NCBI GenBank assembly: GCA_013115125.1
Contig: JABANN010000306.1
Location: 1-40,746, forward strand
Reading direction: 5' to 3'
Length of the DNA stretch: 40,746 nt
Source: Perkinsus olseni
Lineage: Eukaryota
Shown here: piece by piece, positions 8,902-21,503 of the stretch
How positions within the stretch are numbered: the first letter of the stretch is position 1
Layout: every line of letters starts with the position of its first letter
The notes under the pieces: generated by a model
The model's database searches: none
Told to the model about the DNA's origin: nothing
What the model saw: the letters and a program-made list of their open reading frames with translations, nothing else
Made by a program: the position numbers and the translations under genes

Positions 8902-11599
8902 TCAAGCCTTGTGGTAGACCGGACAGTCGCCGAGATCTGGGAACTGCGGATTCATCCTTAAATGAGTCCAGTTCTTGATGCTGACAATCTCCTCGTGGAT
9001 AGCCGCCCTCTCATCGAGGTTACGAGCCCACATATTCAACTGCTTATGCGGTGGTATAATGTAGAATTGTCGAGGTAGAGATTGTGGCCCAAGCTGGGAT
9101 GTTGGTGTATCCATATCCCACGTGTATCGAGCTCTAGCACTATTAGGGAAGGGTATTGGCTTGTTGACCCAAGTGTTGGTATGCCTTTCGGACCAGTCAG
9201 ACTCTCCGAACGTAGCCCAGTAGCCGAGATGACTGGCGATATTCAGTAATGGGGAGGTATCGTCATACTCGAGAACGTCTCCACCTCCAAAGGAGGCGAC
9301 GTCCATCGCCTGATCCTTTAGGCCGCCGAAAGTAAAGGCAGTCGCCGCGCCTGTGAGCTGCAAAGTCTGCGTAAATAGAGAACAGGCGGAACCGCAGTTG
9401 CCATCAGTCACGAAGGCGACCTCTGTCCAATACTCAGCATCGTAGCTTGGCTGAACGAGGTCCGGCATAACATTCTCAAGAATATCATAGCAGAACCCAA
9501 AGACACTGGTAGCAGAGTAGTTCGAAGGCTTACCCCATGGGAGGTCGATAGTTGGTGAACTGACTCAGTGGAGGGTCGAAAGGCTCCCGAGTTTTGGGAT
9601 TTATCAGCTCTTCGTTATCGAAGAGGTACCAACCATACTGCGGAGCCAATTCCGATCCAAAGGATGTTGACGCATCGAGGAAGAGTCTCTCCTTGAGAAA
9701 GGTGTTGAAGAGCCTCGCCCGCTGAGCAGCCGTGCTCTGTGATAATATACCCTCCTCGATCTTCTTCAGACGCGGTACCTCGGTGTTCTCCACTCGAGAA
9801 TTCTGTGTTGTCTCTGCGTCGGAGAGCAACTGATTGGCGTAGTTGAGGAGGAGGTACAGCTGTTGGAACCTCTCATGAATGAAGGCAGGGTCTCCGACCT
9901 TATCGACATTCTCGCTGAAGAAGTTGTCGATAGTCTGATTGTAGTTAACTCCAAAAGAGGACACCCAAGATATCCAGTTATCCGTCATGTGTCGAACTAG
10001 AGGGACACAAACGTCATCCGCGTCGGGTATTATGTACCATTGCAGAGCGAAAGTAGAAATAACAAATCCTCCGCCATTGGTAGAGACGTCGAACAATATT
10101 CGAGTCACGTTGTGCTGCCGAGCAAAGTCTTGAACTTCTGAGAAGGTCGCATAGAGGATAGTCGCCAGAGAGAATTCTTCACCCCCGGGGACAAAGTCTG
10201 GGACACTGACAACCACAGTGTCATCTAACAACGAGTATTGGTAGCCGGTTCCCTTGATCCACGTATCTTCTTGAGTCACGGGAGTCTTTTTCGCAAAGAG
10301 CACATCATCGACTTGGCTATCAATCTTGTGGGCTAATATGTCGTCCAACATCTCGTTATCGTAGTCGCCAGCTAAGAAGTCTCCAGCAAAATCCCACAGA
10401 GTGTCACCCTCCTTCTGGTAGAACTCGGTCTCGAACTTCACCGTTCTCTGGAAGAGAGGATTCCAATTGGTCCGCACGTTGTAGAACTGCGCGGTGATGA
10501 CATCGGCTCCAATGGATTTGCTGTAGTCGCTCAACCGTCCAAGCCAATTTATCGTCTCTGTAGACCCGTCTTGGAAGGTAACACTGAGTGGTCCTGTCGG
10601 GGGCTGAAACAAACGCATGTCCCTGTCTACAGCGGAGCTCACGAAAAAGTGATTGTTGAGTCTCTGGAGGGGGCCCTGGTAGATCCCCAAATACGGGCCG
10701 CTCTCGGAGACAGCATCCTGCATCCACTGAAGAACAGGCTTGCCATCCACCTCCACGATAACATCACCCTCCTTGTGCTTAGTCACCGGTGTGCCGTAGA
10801 TGAGGGGGTAATACGACTCGTCCAAGTCCGGGAAACCGAGAGTTATCACCTGAGCTCCGTCACGAATGTGCGATTCAAAGCGAATGGGCAGCACATAGTA
10901 GAAGTCTCTGTAGGGCGTATCATACCGTGTGTGGGCGTCGTTCAAACGACTCAATTCGCGCTGCAGAGCGAAGTGGAAGGGAGCCGCTGGGATGCTCTCA
11001 CTGAAGAACTTTCTCCGCTCCGCCGGGGTCATCGGGTCCAACACATCTGCGAACTCTCTTATCTGGTCATCAATGAATCCCTTAATGTCAACATCAAGAG
11101 AATGGAGTTTGAATCCGCAGGTGTTGGACTGAATGGATTTGTTCAGCCCGTTGGCGACATCCGTGAAGGCGTAGGTCTCAGTTAAGCCGTACTTCAGATT
11201 GTGGAGGGTGAAGAGAGCGTTGAAGTTGGTAATGGTCAGACTATTGAGGCATCTGTTCACATCGTCTGCCTTGGCCCATATGTAGTCCTTTTTGGTATCG
11301 TCAGCAAGATGCTCTTGGACCGTCTGACCTCTCGCTGGGTCGAGGAGAGCGCACTCGTCAATAGCAGGGATTGGCGGGGTCGGTATATTAGACGTGTTCG
11401 CAGGGCCGCAGGGAATGGGGGGATGACTGCCGTGACACACCGCACCAGGTCCCACCTTGTAGAACATACAGTAGGAGTCATCACGCTGCGTCACATCGCG
11501 GCAAGCTTGGTCCCATTTTTCGGAATCAGGGGGTTGTCCTTGGACTAGGGACTTCGACACCCACCAGAAGGTAACCGAGAGTAGGCGGAGCAAGCGCAT
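8902..11599 (-). CDS. Secreted S41-family (tail-specific protease-like) serine peptidase, reading frame interrupted near 9530
   Basis: Signal peptide MRLLRLLSVTFWWVSKSLVQG; PDZ-like region EGDVIVEVDGKPV; S41 motifs ILFDVSTNGGG and VAFVTDGNCGSACSLF (catalytic Ser). Encoded as two ORFs (706 aa and 188 aa) offset by one frame. Confidence 0.85.
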
Positions 11600-12715
11600 C
11601 GTCAACAACGCTATGATGAGAACGGAGCATAGTCTGCTCAACGGAAGCACGCCATATGCCTCTCGAAAGCTTCTGTTCTAGGTTGACCGAAATCCGTTAG
11701 CCCAATCAGTCTTTGGGCCGTTGTGCGGCTGTCCCTGGTTCCGCATAGCAGGTGGGCATGCGTGTAACTGTTACACGCACCATCCTCTCTCATCCTCTCA
11801 CCAGTTTGACAACACCACGGCTACAGTGGTGAGCAGGACAACAACGGCATCAGTACTCTTCCAATCCTCTTCTGCGTTGCAATCGAGTTGCTGAGCTCGA
11901 ATAGAAGAGGGTGTCACTCGTCAAAGCCGTTGAGGGATGCTGACCGAAGCATAGGTCGCGATGAGGCAGAACCTCTCCGGCGGAGAGTCTCCGCAGAGCA
12001 CGTTACGGTTGTGCGGGTGAGGTCGCCGGCTTGTGCGTCGTCCCCTTTAACTGTCCCGTTGCAGCCGGGGATCCTCTGTTCAATTGAAGGAGAGAACATC
12101 GCCTGCTCATATTTCAGGGCATCAGCTCCCCATGGACTTATCTAGATGGCGAACCATATATAGCCATCTTCGACGGGCCACGAGACGATTTCAAAGTTCG
12201 TCCGTTACGAATCATCATCAACAGTTTGTGCGTACGCAGCATGTACGCACGTAGCATTGAGGTCTTCTCGCGCGGCTCGGAACGATTGCTTTCCGATCTT
12301 CGCGTCGTCGGCTCTGAAGTTCGGAGCTGATGAGGTGAGGAGATTCTCTTCATTGGAGCTCCCTTCCTTGACAAGGGAGGGGGAGCTTAGATCAGTCTGA
12401 TCATCGGACTCTGCTCAGATTTGATGCGTAAATATGTAACTGACAGTTACTGACTGTATGCTTGTGCGCTGGATCAGCACCTTCGAATGCTGCATCAGAA
12501 CGACATCGCAAGCGAAAACCCGCGACAAGATACCCGACGCCTTGCCTGTGCTAACGGCTCAGTCACCTAGCCTAAGTACGCGATTGCTCAGTTTCTACTA
12601 TCGATGAAGGGGTTGACGTTGTCGGTCTCTCCCGTCAAACCGAAGCGGGCCTTCAATGATGACAATGTCGTAAACTTGGCATTCTCGAAATCACCGCGAG
12701 TGTGTTTACTCGTAA

Positions 12716-15303
12716 ATGGCAAACGACCGATGGAGTAGGCAGCGGCAACTCCCTGAAAAACGACTCAAGGCTCGATTGATCGAGGAAACCGAATGCGATG
12801 CCGATACCGTACGGCAGGTGAGGTCACAATGGCGGCGGCGGTCGGGGTGCCATCCTTGACTACTGTAGATGATCGGGTACTGGAATCGATGTTGCATGTC
12901 ACATAGAAGAGTCAGCCGTGATGAGCTAGGCCTATGCTGTCTACCATCTCTCCTCACTAGCGCTGACCTAATAGAGGCCCACGCAGTGAGGGACCCTTCG
13001 GTAGGGCTGGGCTGCCGAGTCCGTACGAGGGATGGTGCATCAGGCCGGCTGTCTTCATGGTGAGGAGATACCCTACCTTATAAAAGTCAAGCCTTGTTTT
13101 GAGGTCGGCCTTAACTCCACCTTCGCAACTCCGTGACTATTAATTCTCAGTACCTCTCCAGCAGTGACCAAAAATCTGTTGCCGAGACACTGCTGACCAT
13201 GGCTAGGAGTGGAGTCACAGTGGTGGACATCGACTCTGACGGCCGAGAGGGTCCGGCAGTCAGTTTAGTGGGTGCTGGGGGCACCTCCGTTGTCAACAAG
13301 CTATTTGCAGTTAACACTGGATGCTGTCCCGAGTGAACTCATATCGCTCATCGACGAGTGCATTGGGCTCGAGAAGATTGACGATGAGTTGGACGACCCC
13401 GTTGTGAACATTGACGTTGACGAATTCACGCGAGGATACCCGGAGAGGGTCAGTCACGGCGGTCACATCCAGTCGTCGTCCCATTGGGTCTGACAGGTGA
13501 CTGACTGTCCATACTCATGCCCGGGTAGGATGGCCTCCCCTCCTCTAGAGATCGCTGAGTTGAAAACTAAGCTCGGGTGGATGAGGGCCACTGTGGACCC
13601 CGACTGCCTGACGGGCGCCAGTGCATGTGAGGCATCCTCTGGCGAGAAACAGCACGGTCACTCCCCCGCCAGGCACCGTCCACAACAACATCGGTGTATT
13701 ACTGCGGCCATTACTGCCACCCGATACCGTCAACCCTCCACGGGAGATGTTCAAGACACCACTCAGTATGCTGGTTGACGCTGCGCAGGGGAGATGCCCC
13801 ATCCTGCGGCGGCCCAGTAATCATCATCAGTATCCACCATCATTAGAAAGTACTTCCATCAGACGACGCAGTAATGGTTGAGGATGATGGAAGCTGTCGC
13901 CGTCAGTGTGTTAATGTCCTGAGATGTTTGGATGGCTACTGGTACCCCTATCGGAGTCAATGCCTCTACTCATCAATCCTGATCAGGGAGCGCGATCCCT
14001 CCCGACCCGAATGCATCATACCGGCTAAGCCGAAGTGGAGAAGCCGCTCCTACACTCCCAAGGTGGAACGAGAGCATCCCTGATGACCCTTTTTCATGGA
14101 ATCTGCTGGCGTGTCGCCTTCCAGGCATCCTCTCAAGAAACACCCGGCTCTGACTTGATGAAGCTGTGAGGGTTACTACAGCAGGCGTCGAGTCAGCGCT
14201 TGTTGACTTTAGTGGTCGCTGTATAGAATATAACCTGCTGCCTCTACTGAGGTCAAGACTTGATGCCAACGAGGTGAGAGGATATGCTCATCTTCTGGGC
14301 GTAACTGATGCCAACGAGGAGAGTACGGAGGGGCTTCTCCTCCGAATGGCCGAGGAGTTGGCTATGAGGGCCACACAAGGCATTCGGCCGACAACATCTA
14401 GTAGGACTTCCGACCCATACCAGTCCTGAGCATGATGATCAGATTACTTCATGTTTGAGCCACAACGGTGGGCTCAGCTGAGGGAAGCTGTACAGTCGAG
14501 GCTGCCCGTAGGCATCGGGGAGGCGGGAAGAGCGGAAGACTTGCCATTCAGGAGGCGATGGCCAACCTTCCCCCTGGGGCGGTAGGGAGCACTTACCGAG
14601 AGTTGGCTGCTCAAATACCCGAGCCCGGTACCACTGATGTGGTAAGAGAAGTAACGACTTCGAAGCGACCTGAACGTGAGTTTCGGGATCAGACTTCTTT
14701 CCAGGCCGAATCATTTGGCCCAAACGCCTTCTCCTGTCAGGCTACGGCGAGCAGAGAGGCGAGAGAGTCTTCTGCGATGTATCTTCTCACGGGGATGTTA
14801 GTCGGGTCAGTGCACGGAGAACAAGCACGAGGCAAAGTGGAGTTCTCGGTGTATCTTGGTATGGAAGAAGGCGAAGTTGGGATGCTTATTGGAACACAAA
14901 AGAGGGACAACAAGTCCACAAATATTTCTCAGTCTCGAAGTATGGCGACGAGGAAGCGTTGGCTCTCGCCACGGGTGAGCAGGATCCATTCTGCGTGCTG
15001 TTACGTCATCATAACCTTTCAGAATGCCGTAGGAATGCTGAACTTCGCGGTGAGGCTGTGGCGAGTCTGAGTGGGACTTGCCATAAGCAGAGTGGCGTGG
15101 TTGGGGTTCAGTGGAAGCGCCCTTGTTATTGGGTCGCCAAATGGCGTGTGAATGGGAAAGCAATCGAGAAGCGATTTTCAGTAGAGAAGTACGGCAGCGA
15201 GGAGGCAGCATTGGAAGCAGCCATTGGTGAGCCGATCCGCCCTCATGCCCAACTATACCTAGCCCGCCCCTCAGCCTGTCGCCGTTCCAAAGTACCCGAA
15301 TGA
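12716..15303 (+). CDS. ApiAP2-type transcription factor with two C-terminal AP2 domains, copy 1 (multi-exon)
   Basis: AP2 motifs QSGVLGVSWYGRRRSWDAYWNTKEGQQVHKYFSVSKYGDEEALALA and QSGVVGVQWKRPCYWVAKWRVNGKAIEKRFSVEKYGSEEAALEAAI. The start codon is uncertain. Confidence 0.8.
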
Positions 15304-15373
15304 TGTGTGGCTCAGCATGTTATGATGATGTTTTTCTGGTCACCAGTGGCCCTCTTTCTCGATACCATGTTCT

Positions 15374-15735
15374 CACAACACTGTTGTGCAATAGCAATAC
15401 TAGGAAGTCGGAAAAGTCTGTTAAAAGGTTAAGCTTGAAACCTCAGTCAGAAATATGATAGTGTAGATATGGTTCATGAACGAGAGACTTCATCTTATAA
15501 TGCCGTTCATGCCGGTAGACTCCTGATCGTGCATCTGCAATACCGGGTGCAACGAAAGAGATGGTATCGCAGAAATGAATATTATAAATATTATTGATAA
15601 ATGTGCTGGTACAGCTGGCGTTCTGGAGAGGCTGTGCATCGGGTGTATACTATGACTGGCATAGAGGGTGGTCTTGCAAATAGGTTCTGTTTGTCTAGCG
15701 GTAGGGTGTGCGACTGTTGTCACAACAGTGTTGTG
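15374..15735. mobile_element. Putative 362-bp non-autonomous DNA transposon (MITE) with CAC...GTG termini
   Basis: 15-bp perfect TIR cacaacactgttgtg / cacaacagtgttgtg, flanked by CT on both sides (possible 2-bp TSD). The interior is AT-rich and non-coding. Confidence 0.55.
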
Positions 15736-16011
15736 CTATAGGCCGTGAGTTAGATACTTGCTCGTTGCTTGTCGTTCGATTCTCCAACTCAGACTCGTCA
15801 GCAATGACGGTTTGTCGAAGCCCTCGGTAGTCCGATGCCAACAAGAGATAGAGCGAGGAACGGGTCAACGTGATAGGAACCCCCCGTTAGTATCGCTGCC
15901 TCAGGCAACTTGCTGGCCTTCCCTGCTGCGCTGTGTCATTGGGGGAACGTTGCCTCCTCGTGTGCATTGCGTACCCGTACCCTCCGTAGTGTGTCTTCTC
16001 TACTCTGGCTC

Positions 16012-18590
16012 ATGGCTAAGAAACGGCAAGGGAGGAAGAGGCAGTCACAAGGCAAAGCTGAAGTTAAATCTGCCGAGAAAGTGGATTATGCCGATACCGT
16101 ACGGCAGGTGAGGACACAATGGCGGCGGCGGTCGGGGTGCCATCCTTGACTACTGTAGATGATCGGGTACTGGAATCGATGTTGCATGTCACATAGAAGA
16201 GTCAGCCGTGATGAGCTAGGCCTATGCTGTCTACCATCTCTCCTCACTAGCGCTGACCTAATAGAGGCCCACGCAGTGAGGGACCCTTCGGTAGGGCTGG
16301 GCTGCCGAGTCCGTACGAGGGATGGTGCATCAGGCCGGCTGTCTTCATGGTGAGGAGATACCCTACCTTATAAAAGTCAAGCCTTGTTTTGAGGTCGGCG
16401 GAGACGAACACTCCTTCCTGCTGATCATCACTGTTCAGTATCTCTCTAGCAACGATCAAAAATCTGTCGTCGAAACAATGCTGGCCATGGCTAGGAATGG
16501 AGTCAAAGTGGAAGACGTCCCCGATGGCAAAGAAGGATCAGCAGTGGGTCCAGTAGGCGCCAGGGAGCATCTGCGTTGCTGGCCAACCAGCAATGCGCAG
16601 TTAACTCTGGATGCTGTCCCGAGTGAACTCATATCGCTCATCGACGAGTGCATTGGGCTCGAGAAGATTGACGATGAGTTGGACGACCCCGTTGTGAACA
16701 TTGACGTTGACGAATTCACGCGAGGATACCCGGAGAGGGTCGGTCATGGCGGTTACTTCCAGTCGTCGTCCCGTTGGGTTTGACAGGTGACTGACTGTCC
16801 ATACTCATGCCCGGGTAGGATGGCCTCCCCTCCTCTAGAGATCGCTGAGTTGATAACTAAGCTCGGGTGGATGAGGGTCTCTGTGGACCCCGACTGCCTG
16901 ACGGGCGCCAGTGCATGTGAGACATCCGCTGGCGAGAAACAGCACGGTCACTCCCCCGCCAGGCACCGTCCACAACAAGATCGGTGTATTACTGCGGCCA
17001 TTACTGCCACCCGGTACCGTCAACCCTCCACGGGAGATGTTCAAGACACCACTCAGTATGCTGGTTGACGCTGTGCAGGGGAGATGCCCCATTCTGCGGC
17101 GGCCTAGTAATAATCATCAGTATCAACCATCGTTGGAAGTGCTTCCATCAGACGACGCAGTAATGGTTGAGGATGATGGAAGCTGTCGCCGTCAGTGTGT
17201 TAATATCCTGAGATGTTTGGATGGCTACTGGTACCCCTATCGGAGTCAATGCCTCAACTCATCAATCCAGATCAGGGAGCGCGATCCCTCCCGACCCGAA
17301 TGCATCATACCGGCTAAGCCGAAGTGGAGAAGCCGCTCCTATAACTCAGAGGTGAGATCCAATCCTTCCTGATGTGCGTTTTCGACGGCTCTCTTACACG
17401 GGCGCGGCTAACATGATTTCTGTTACTGTAGGTGTCCGCTGAAGGCACAAGGGACTCTGAGCTGATGCAACTGTGAGAGTTACTACAGCTGGTCTACGGC
17501 CAACTCTTATTGACTTCAGTGGTCACTCGCTCGAAGACAACCTACTGCCTCTACTGAGGTCAAGATTAGATGTCGACGAGACGGGTGAATACGCAAGTCG
17601 CCTCGGTATCACTGGCGGTGAGGAAGACAAGGAAGACCTCCTCCTTCGAATGGCCGAGGAGATGGCTATGAGGGCCACACAGGGCATTCGGCCGACAACA
17701 CCTAGTAGGGCTTCCGACCACTGCCAGTCCTGAGCATGATGATCAGATTACCTCATGTTTGAGCCACAACGGTGGGCTCAGCTGAGGGAAGCTGTACAGT
17801 CGAGGCTGCCCGTAGGCATCGGTTGGCGGGAAGAGCGGAAGACTTGCCATTTAGGAGGCGATGGCCAACCTCTCCCCTGGGGCGGTAGGGAGCACTTACC
17901 GAGAGTTGGCTGCTGAATTATTCGAGCCCGGGATGGCGGGATTAGCGGAGAAAGTTGCGACCATCGAACGGCGTGGGCGAGGTGGAATCACCCTTCAATG
18001 ACGGTCCACGTGTATGTTCTCTGTTAGGCTTCGGCGAACAGAGAGGCGGGAGAGCCTCCTGTGGTGTATCTTCTCACGGGGATGTTAGCCGGGTCAGTGC
18101 GCGAAGAACCAGCACGAGGCAAAGTGGGGTTCTCGGTGTATCCTGGAATAAAGGGAGCCGAAGTTGGGATGCTCGTTGGTACACAAAAGAGGGACGACAA
18201 GTCCACAACTATTTCCCAGTGTCGAAGTATGGCGACGAGGAAGCGTTGGCTCTCGCCACGGGTGAGCAGAATCCATTGTGGGTGCTGTCACGTCATCATA
18301 ACCTTTCAGAATGCCGTAGGAACGCTGAACTTCGCGGTGAGGTTGTAGCGAGTAGAAGTGGGACTTGCCCTAAGCAGAGTGGCGTGGTTGGGGTTCAGTG
18401 GAAGCGCCCTTGTTATTGGGTCGCCAAATGGCGTGTGAATGGGAAAGCAATCGAGAAGCGATTTTCAGTAGAGAAGTACGGCAGCGAGGAGGCAGCATTG
18501 GAAGCAGCCATTGGTGAGCCGATCCGCCCTCATGCCCAACTATACCTAGCCCGCCCCTCAGCCTGTCGCCGTTCCAAAGTACCCGAATGA
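16012..18590 (+). CDS. ApiAP2-type transcription factor with two C-terminal AP2 domains, copy 2 (multi-exon)
   Basis: Tandem paralog at an offset of ~3290 bp. First AP2 domain QSGVLGVSWNKGSRSWDARWYTKEGRQVHNYFPVSKYGDEEALALA; second AP2 domain identical to copy 1; basic N-terminus MAKKRQGRKRQ. Confidence 0.82.
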
Positions 18591-18948
18591 TGTGTGGCTC
18601 AGCATGTTATGATGATGTTTTTCTGGTCACCAGTGGCCTCTCTTTCTCAATACTCGGGGTGCTTGATGTGCTGTGTTGAAGAGTATCGTATTTCGGTTGA
18701 GGAAGCCGAACTGTTATAACAAAGTTGCACATCGTGAATCGCTTCGCTCCGCCAAAATTGGTGCATTTTTTGATTTTCTTCAAATCCTCGTAAACGATGA
18801 CCGTCGAGGCCTGAGCGACCTTTTCATTCGTCTATCTCTCGGCGTTTTAACAATTCGTTTCACAATGCTGATCACCCACACCCCACACTCTCCCCTGTCC
18901 CTTCTCATACCGCGGCTCGGTGCCTACAGTGGTCGAGGCTTTGCTGCG

Positions 18949-20622
18949 ATGGCGACGGCGGAAAGGAAGGAGCCGCCCAAGGCCGTCATTGAACTGTTTG
19001 ATGTGAGCTTCCGTCCCTGTAGGATAAGAGGAGAGGTAGCGGTGGTCAGGTCCTTCGGGAAGAGTCCTTGAACAGGATGAAGGACTTCGAAGCAAACCAT
19101 CTATTCAGTCTCGTGTGGGCATATAGCACAGCCAAGAGGTGAGTAGTACGGCAGGAGGGAGGGTATCTTAGGTTGAAGCAGGTTGGACAAGCAACTGTAT
19201 GAAGCCTGCCTCGACAGAGTACGACAGTTGGGTAATAAAAAGGACGAGGCGAAAGGTCGAGGGGTGGGCGAGAGGCCTTCGCCGGTGGACATGGACGAAA
19301 TGGACACGACCGTCCCTGCTGTAGTGCTGACTCTCTTATCGGTAGTGGCGGGAGGCTGTGATCAGGTGCTTCATGAGACTAAGCACTTGAGTGTGATCTG
19401 GAAGCCAGCCCATTGGTAACGGCGCGGTAGCATAAAATTCTCGCAATCGCCGCCTCTCAGGCACGTCTCGGTTACATCGGCTATCGCAGGGGCGGCCGAG
19501 GAGGAAGTCGTGGATGATACCACCGACGAGGAGACCGAGGCGAGGGACTCGGCCGTCCGGACTGTTTCTAGCGCTAGCGGGAACGCCTCCGGGCTGCAGG
19601 TAGTAATGCGCAGGGCGGTGTACCAGCAGCGGTAGGTTGCTCAGGAGTGGATAGAGGAGGCTTATCCAGGGTATCCGATAGCGAAGGACCGCCATCATGC
19701 TCACGGCATCCTCCATCGGCTGGACGTGGGGACGAGTGGCCCCCTGTTGTTGGCACATTCTTATAAGGGCTTCTATATGGGCAGGCTGGTGTTTTGCTCT
19801 CATCAGGTGGGAAGCGCCATTAAGAGGTCTGCCTAGTAGCTTGTCGTGACAGATTGATAAGGAGTACGTCGCGCTGGTGAAGGGTCATATGGGTACTGTT
19901 GGAGAGAAAGTCGTCATCAGCGATCGAATTAAGGTCCTCAGCTCAACGCTCGTAGCGGCCTTGTTGAGGAGTCTATCAGATTCTCAAGTCAACTCTCGAC
20001 AACGGGCAGTCCTACAGCACCACTTGCGTAGTGGCGCCTGATGGGAAGCCTTCCCTTACGGAGGCCGTACCGGTGGCCCACTACTATGACGGGTAGAGAG
20101 GAGCCCCGCTGTAGCTGAGTAATCTTGGCTACCCTGTAGGTCTGGCGTGGAGTACTCGTTAGTGTTGGTGAAGTTGCATACCGGAAGGACGCATCAGATC
20201 AGGTTTGTCGTGTCGTGCTACAGAGGCTCTCCTGCTTGCTGTTTTCCTCAGAGTGCACATGACCCACATCGGCCATCCCTTAGTATGCGATCCGAAGTAC
20301 GGCAACCCCACCGACCCAGAGGGTGCGAGGGCTGTGTGTGCAACGGACAGACTGTGGTGTCCACGGACCTTCCTTCACAGCTACCGGTTGTGCTACAATC
20401 AGCCCATTGATGTTGTGGACGAGAAGGGTAAAAACACGAGCGGAGGTGAGTAGGAGCTGCCCTGCTTCAGATGTCACCGTGGATGTCTACGTGCCGTTAC
20501 CGTTGGACCTCCGTCTGGCCCTGGCCAAGCTGACTCCTGTTAGTGATGACTGCGCAGAGACAGCACGATGGTTGAGTGGAAAGAAGGGGGACGTTGAGGG
20601 GAAGAGTTTCCTTTCCAAGTAG
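18949..20622 (+). CDS. RluA-family RNA pseudouridine synthase (multi-exon)
   Basis: Motifs VIWKPAHW, GILHRLDVGTSG (catalytic Asp), KEYVALVKG, LHTGRTHQIR|VHMTHIGHPLVCDPKYG and FLHSYRL. Confidence 0.93.
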
Positions 20623-20717
20623 GGGGTATCGCTTTGTTGCATTACTGTGATGAGTTTGTAGATGTTGCCAGCAGCCGAGTGATGGTGATATTTGAGAAGA
20701 CAGCATGTGGTCCAATG

Positions 20718-21298
20718 TCAGCTTTCACTGTTTCTGCTTTGCCACTGTTGGGTTGCCATTTTCAAACGCTTCACGCACGCTCGTGATGCTATCATCAGCC
20801 TAGAGGTTGTGGTGGGAGTGGTGAAACATCTATCCATGAGCATTCCTTCTCTGCGTGTCTGTTTAAAGTGCAAAGCCGTCGCCGACTCAGTTAAGCGATG
20901 TGCTAGCAATTCAAGTGTGAACTCTGTTGCACGGGCGCTGCGGCCACAGCGAGAACAATGGACAGACCATCTCATCTCCTCCTGGCAACTCTCCGTGAAA
21001 CAATCATTCGCCGATTGAAGCTTTCCTTATACATCGAGCTGTGCATGGTATGATCGCCACGTCTCTCGGCACAAAGGGCGCCGGCGGCTGTCCCGCCAAT
21101 TTTATATGATAGCGGCTTCTCAAACTCTTCCAGTCGCCAGCTGGCGCATTCTTCGCCATCGAACATTCGGCAATGCTTGCTTCGTTCAGTGTAGAGGATC
21201 CACCGCGGGAGAAACTTGTTCGTAATCATAGTGGTCAAAGTCTTCTCTGTTTCTGTTATGAACCACAATTCAACCACCATGCGTGACCTACGAATCAT
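20718..21298 (-). CDS. Possible hypothetical protein or degenerate gene fragment
   Basis: Two adjacent ORFs of 108 and 85 aa with no recognisable motif. The model is not resolved. Confidence 0.3.
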
Positions 21299-21503
21299 GG
21301 GCAGATATCTTCAATTACGTCAGCGGGCTGTTGCTTCTTCATTCGAGAAACTCCGTGAACACAAAAACTCGGAGAGGTATCGCACAACATCACACAAAAG
21401 AAGATGACATCATTTCATTGCAAAGTAGTAGCGGCTGAGACGAGGGAATTATCTCATTAATTCGGCGTCGACGATAACCTCCCTCAACGGCTTCTGCCCA
21501 ATG

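Noticed and set aside
12278-12292. Relic spliced leader or LTR primer-binding sites
   Set aside because: Only a partial tagccatctt match near 12160-12170 without TTGGCTCAAG, and nothing SL-like at these coordinates. The antisense tRNA fragments lack the TGG (CCA complement) and adjacent LTR expected of a primer-binding site.
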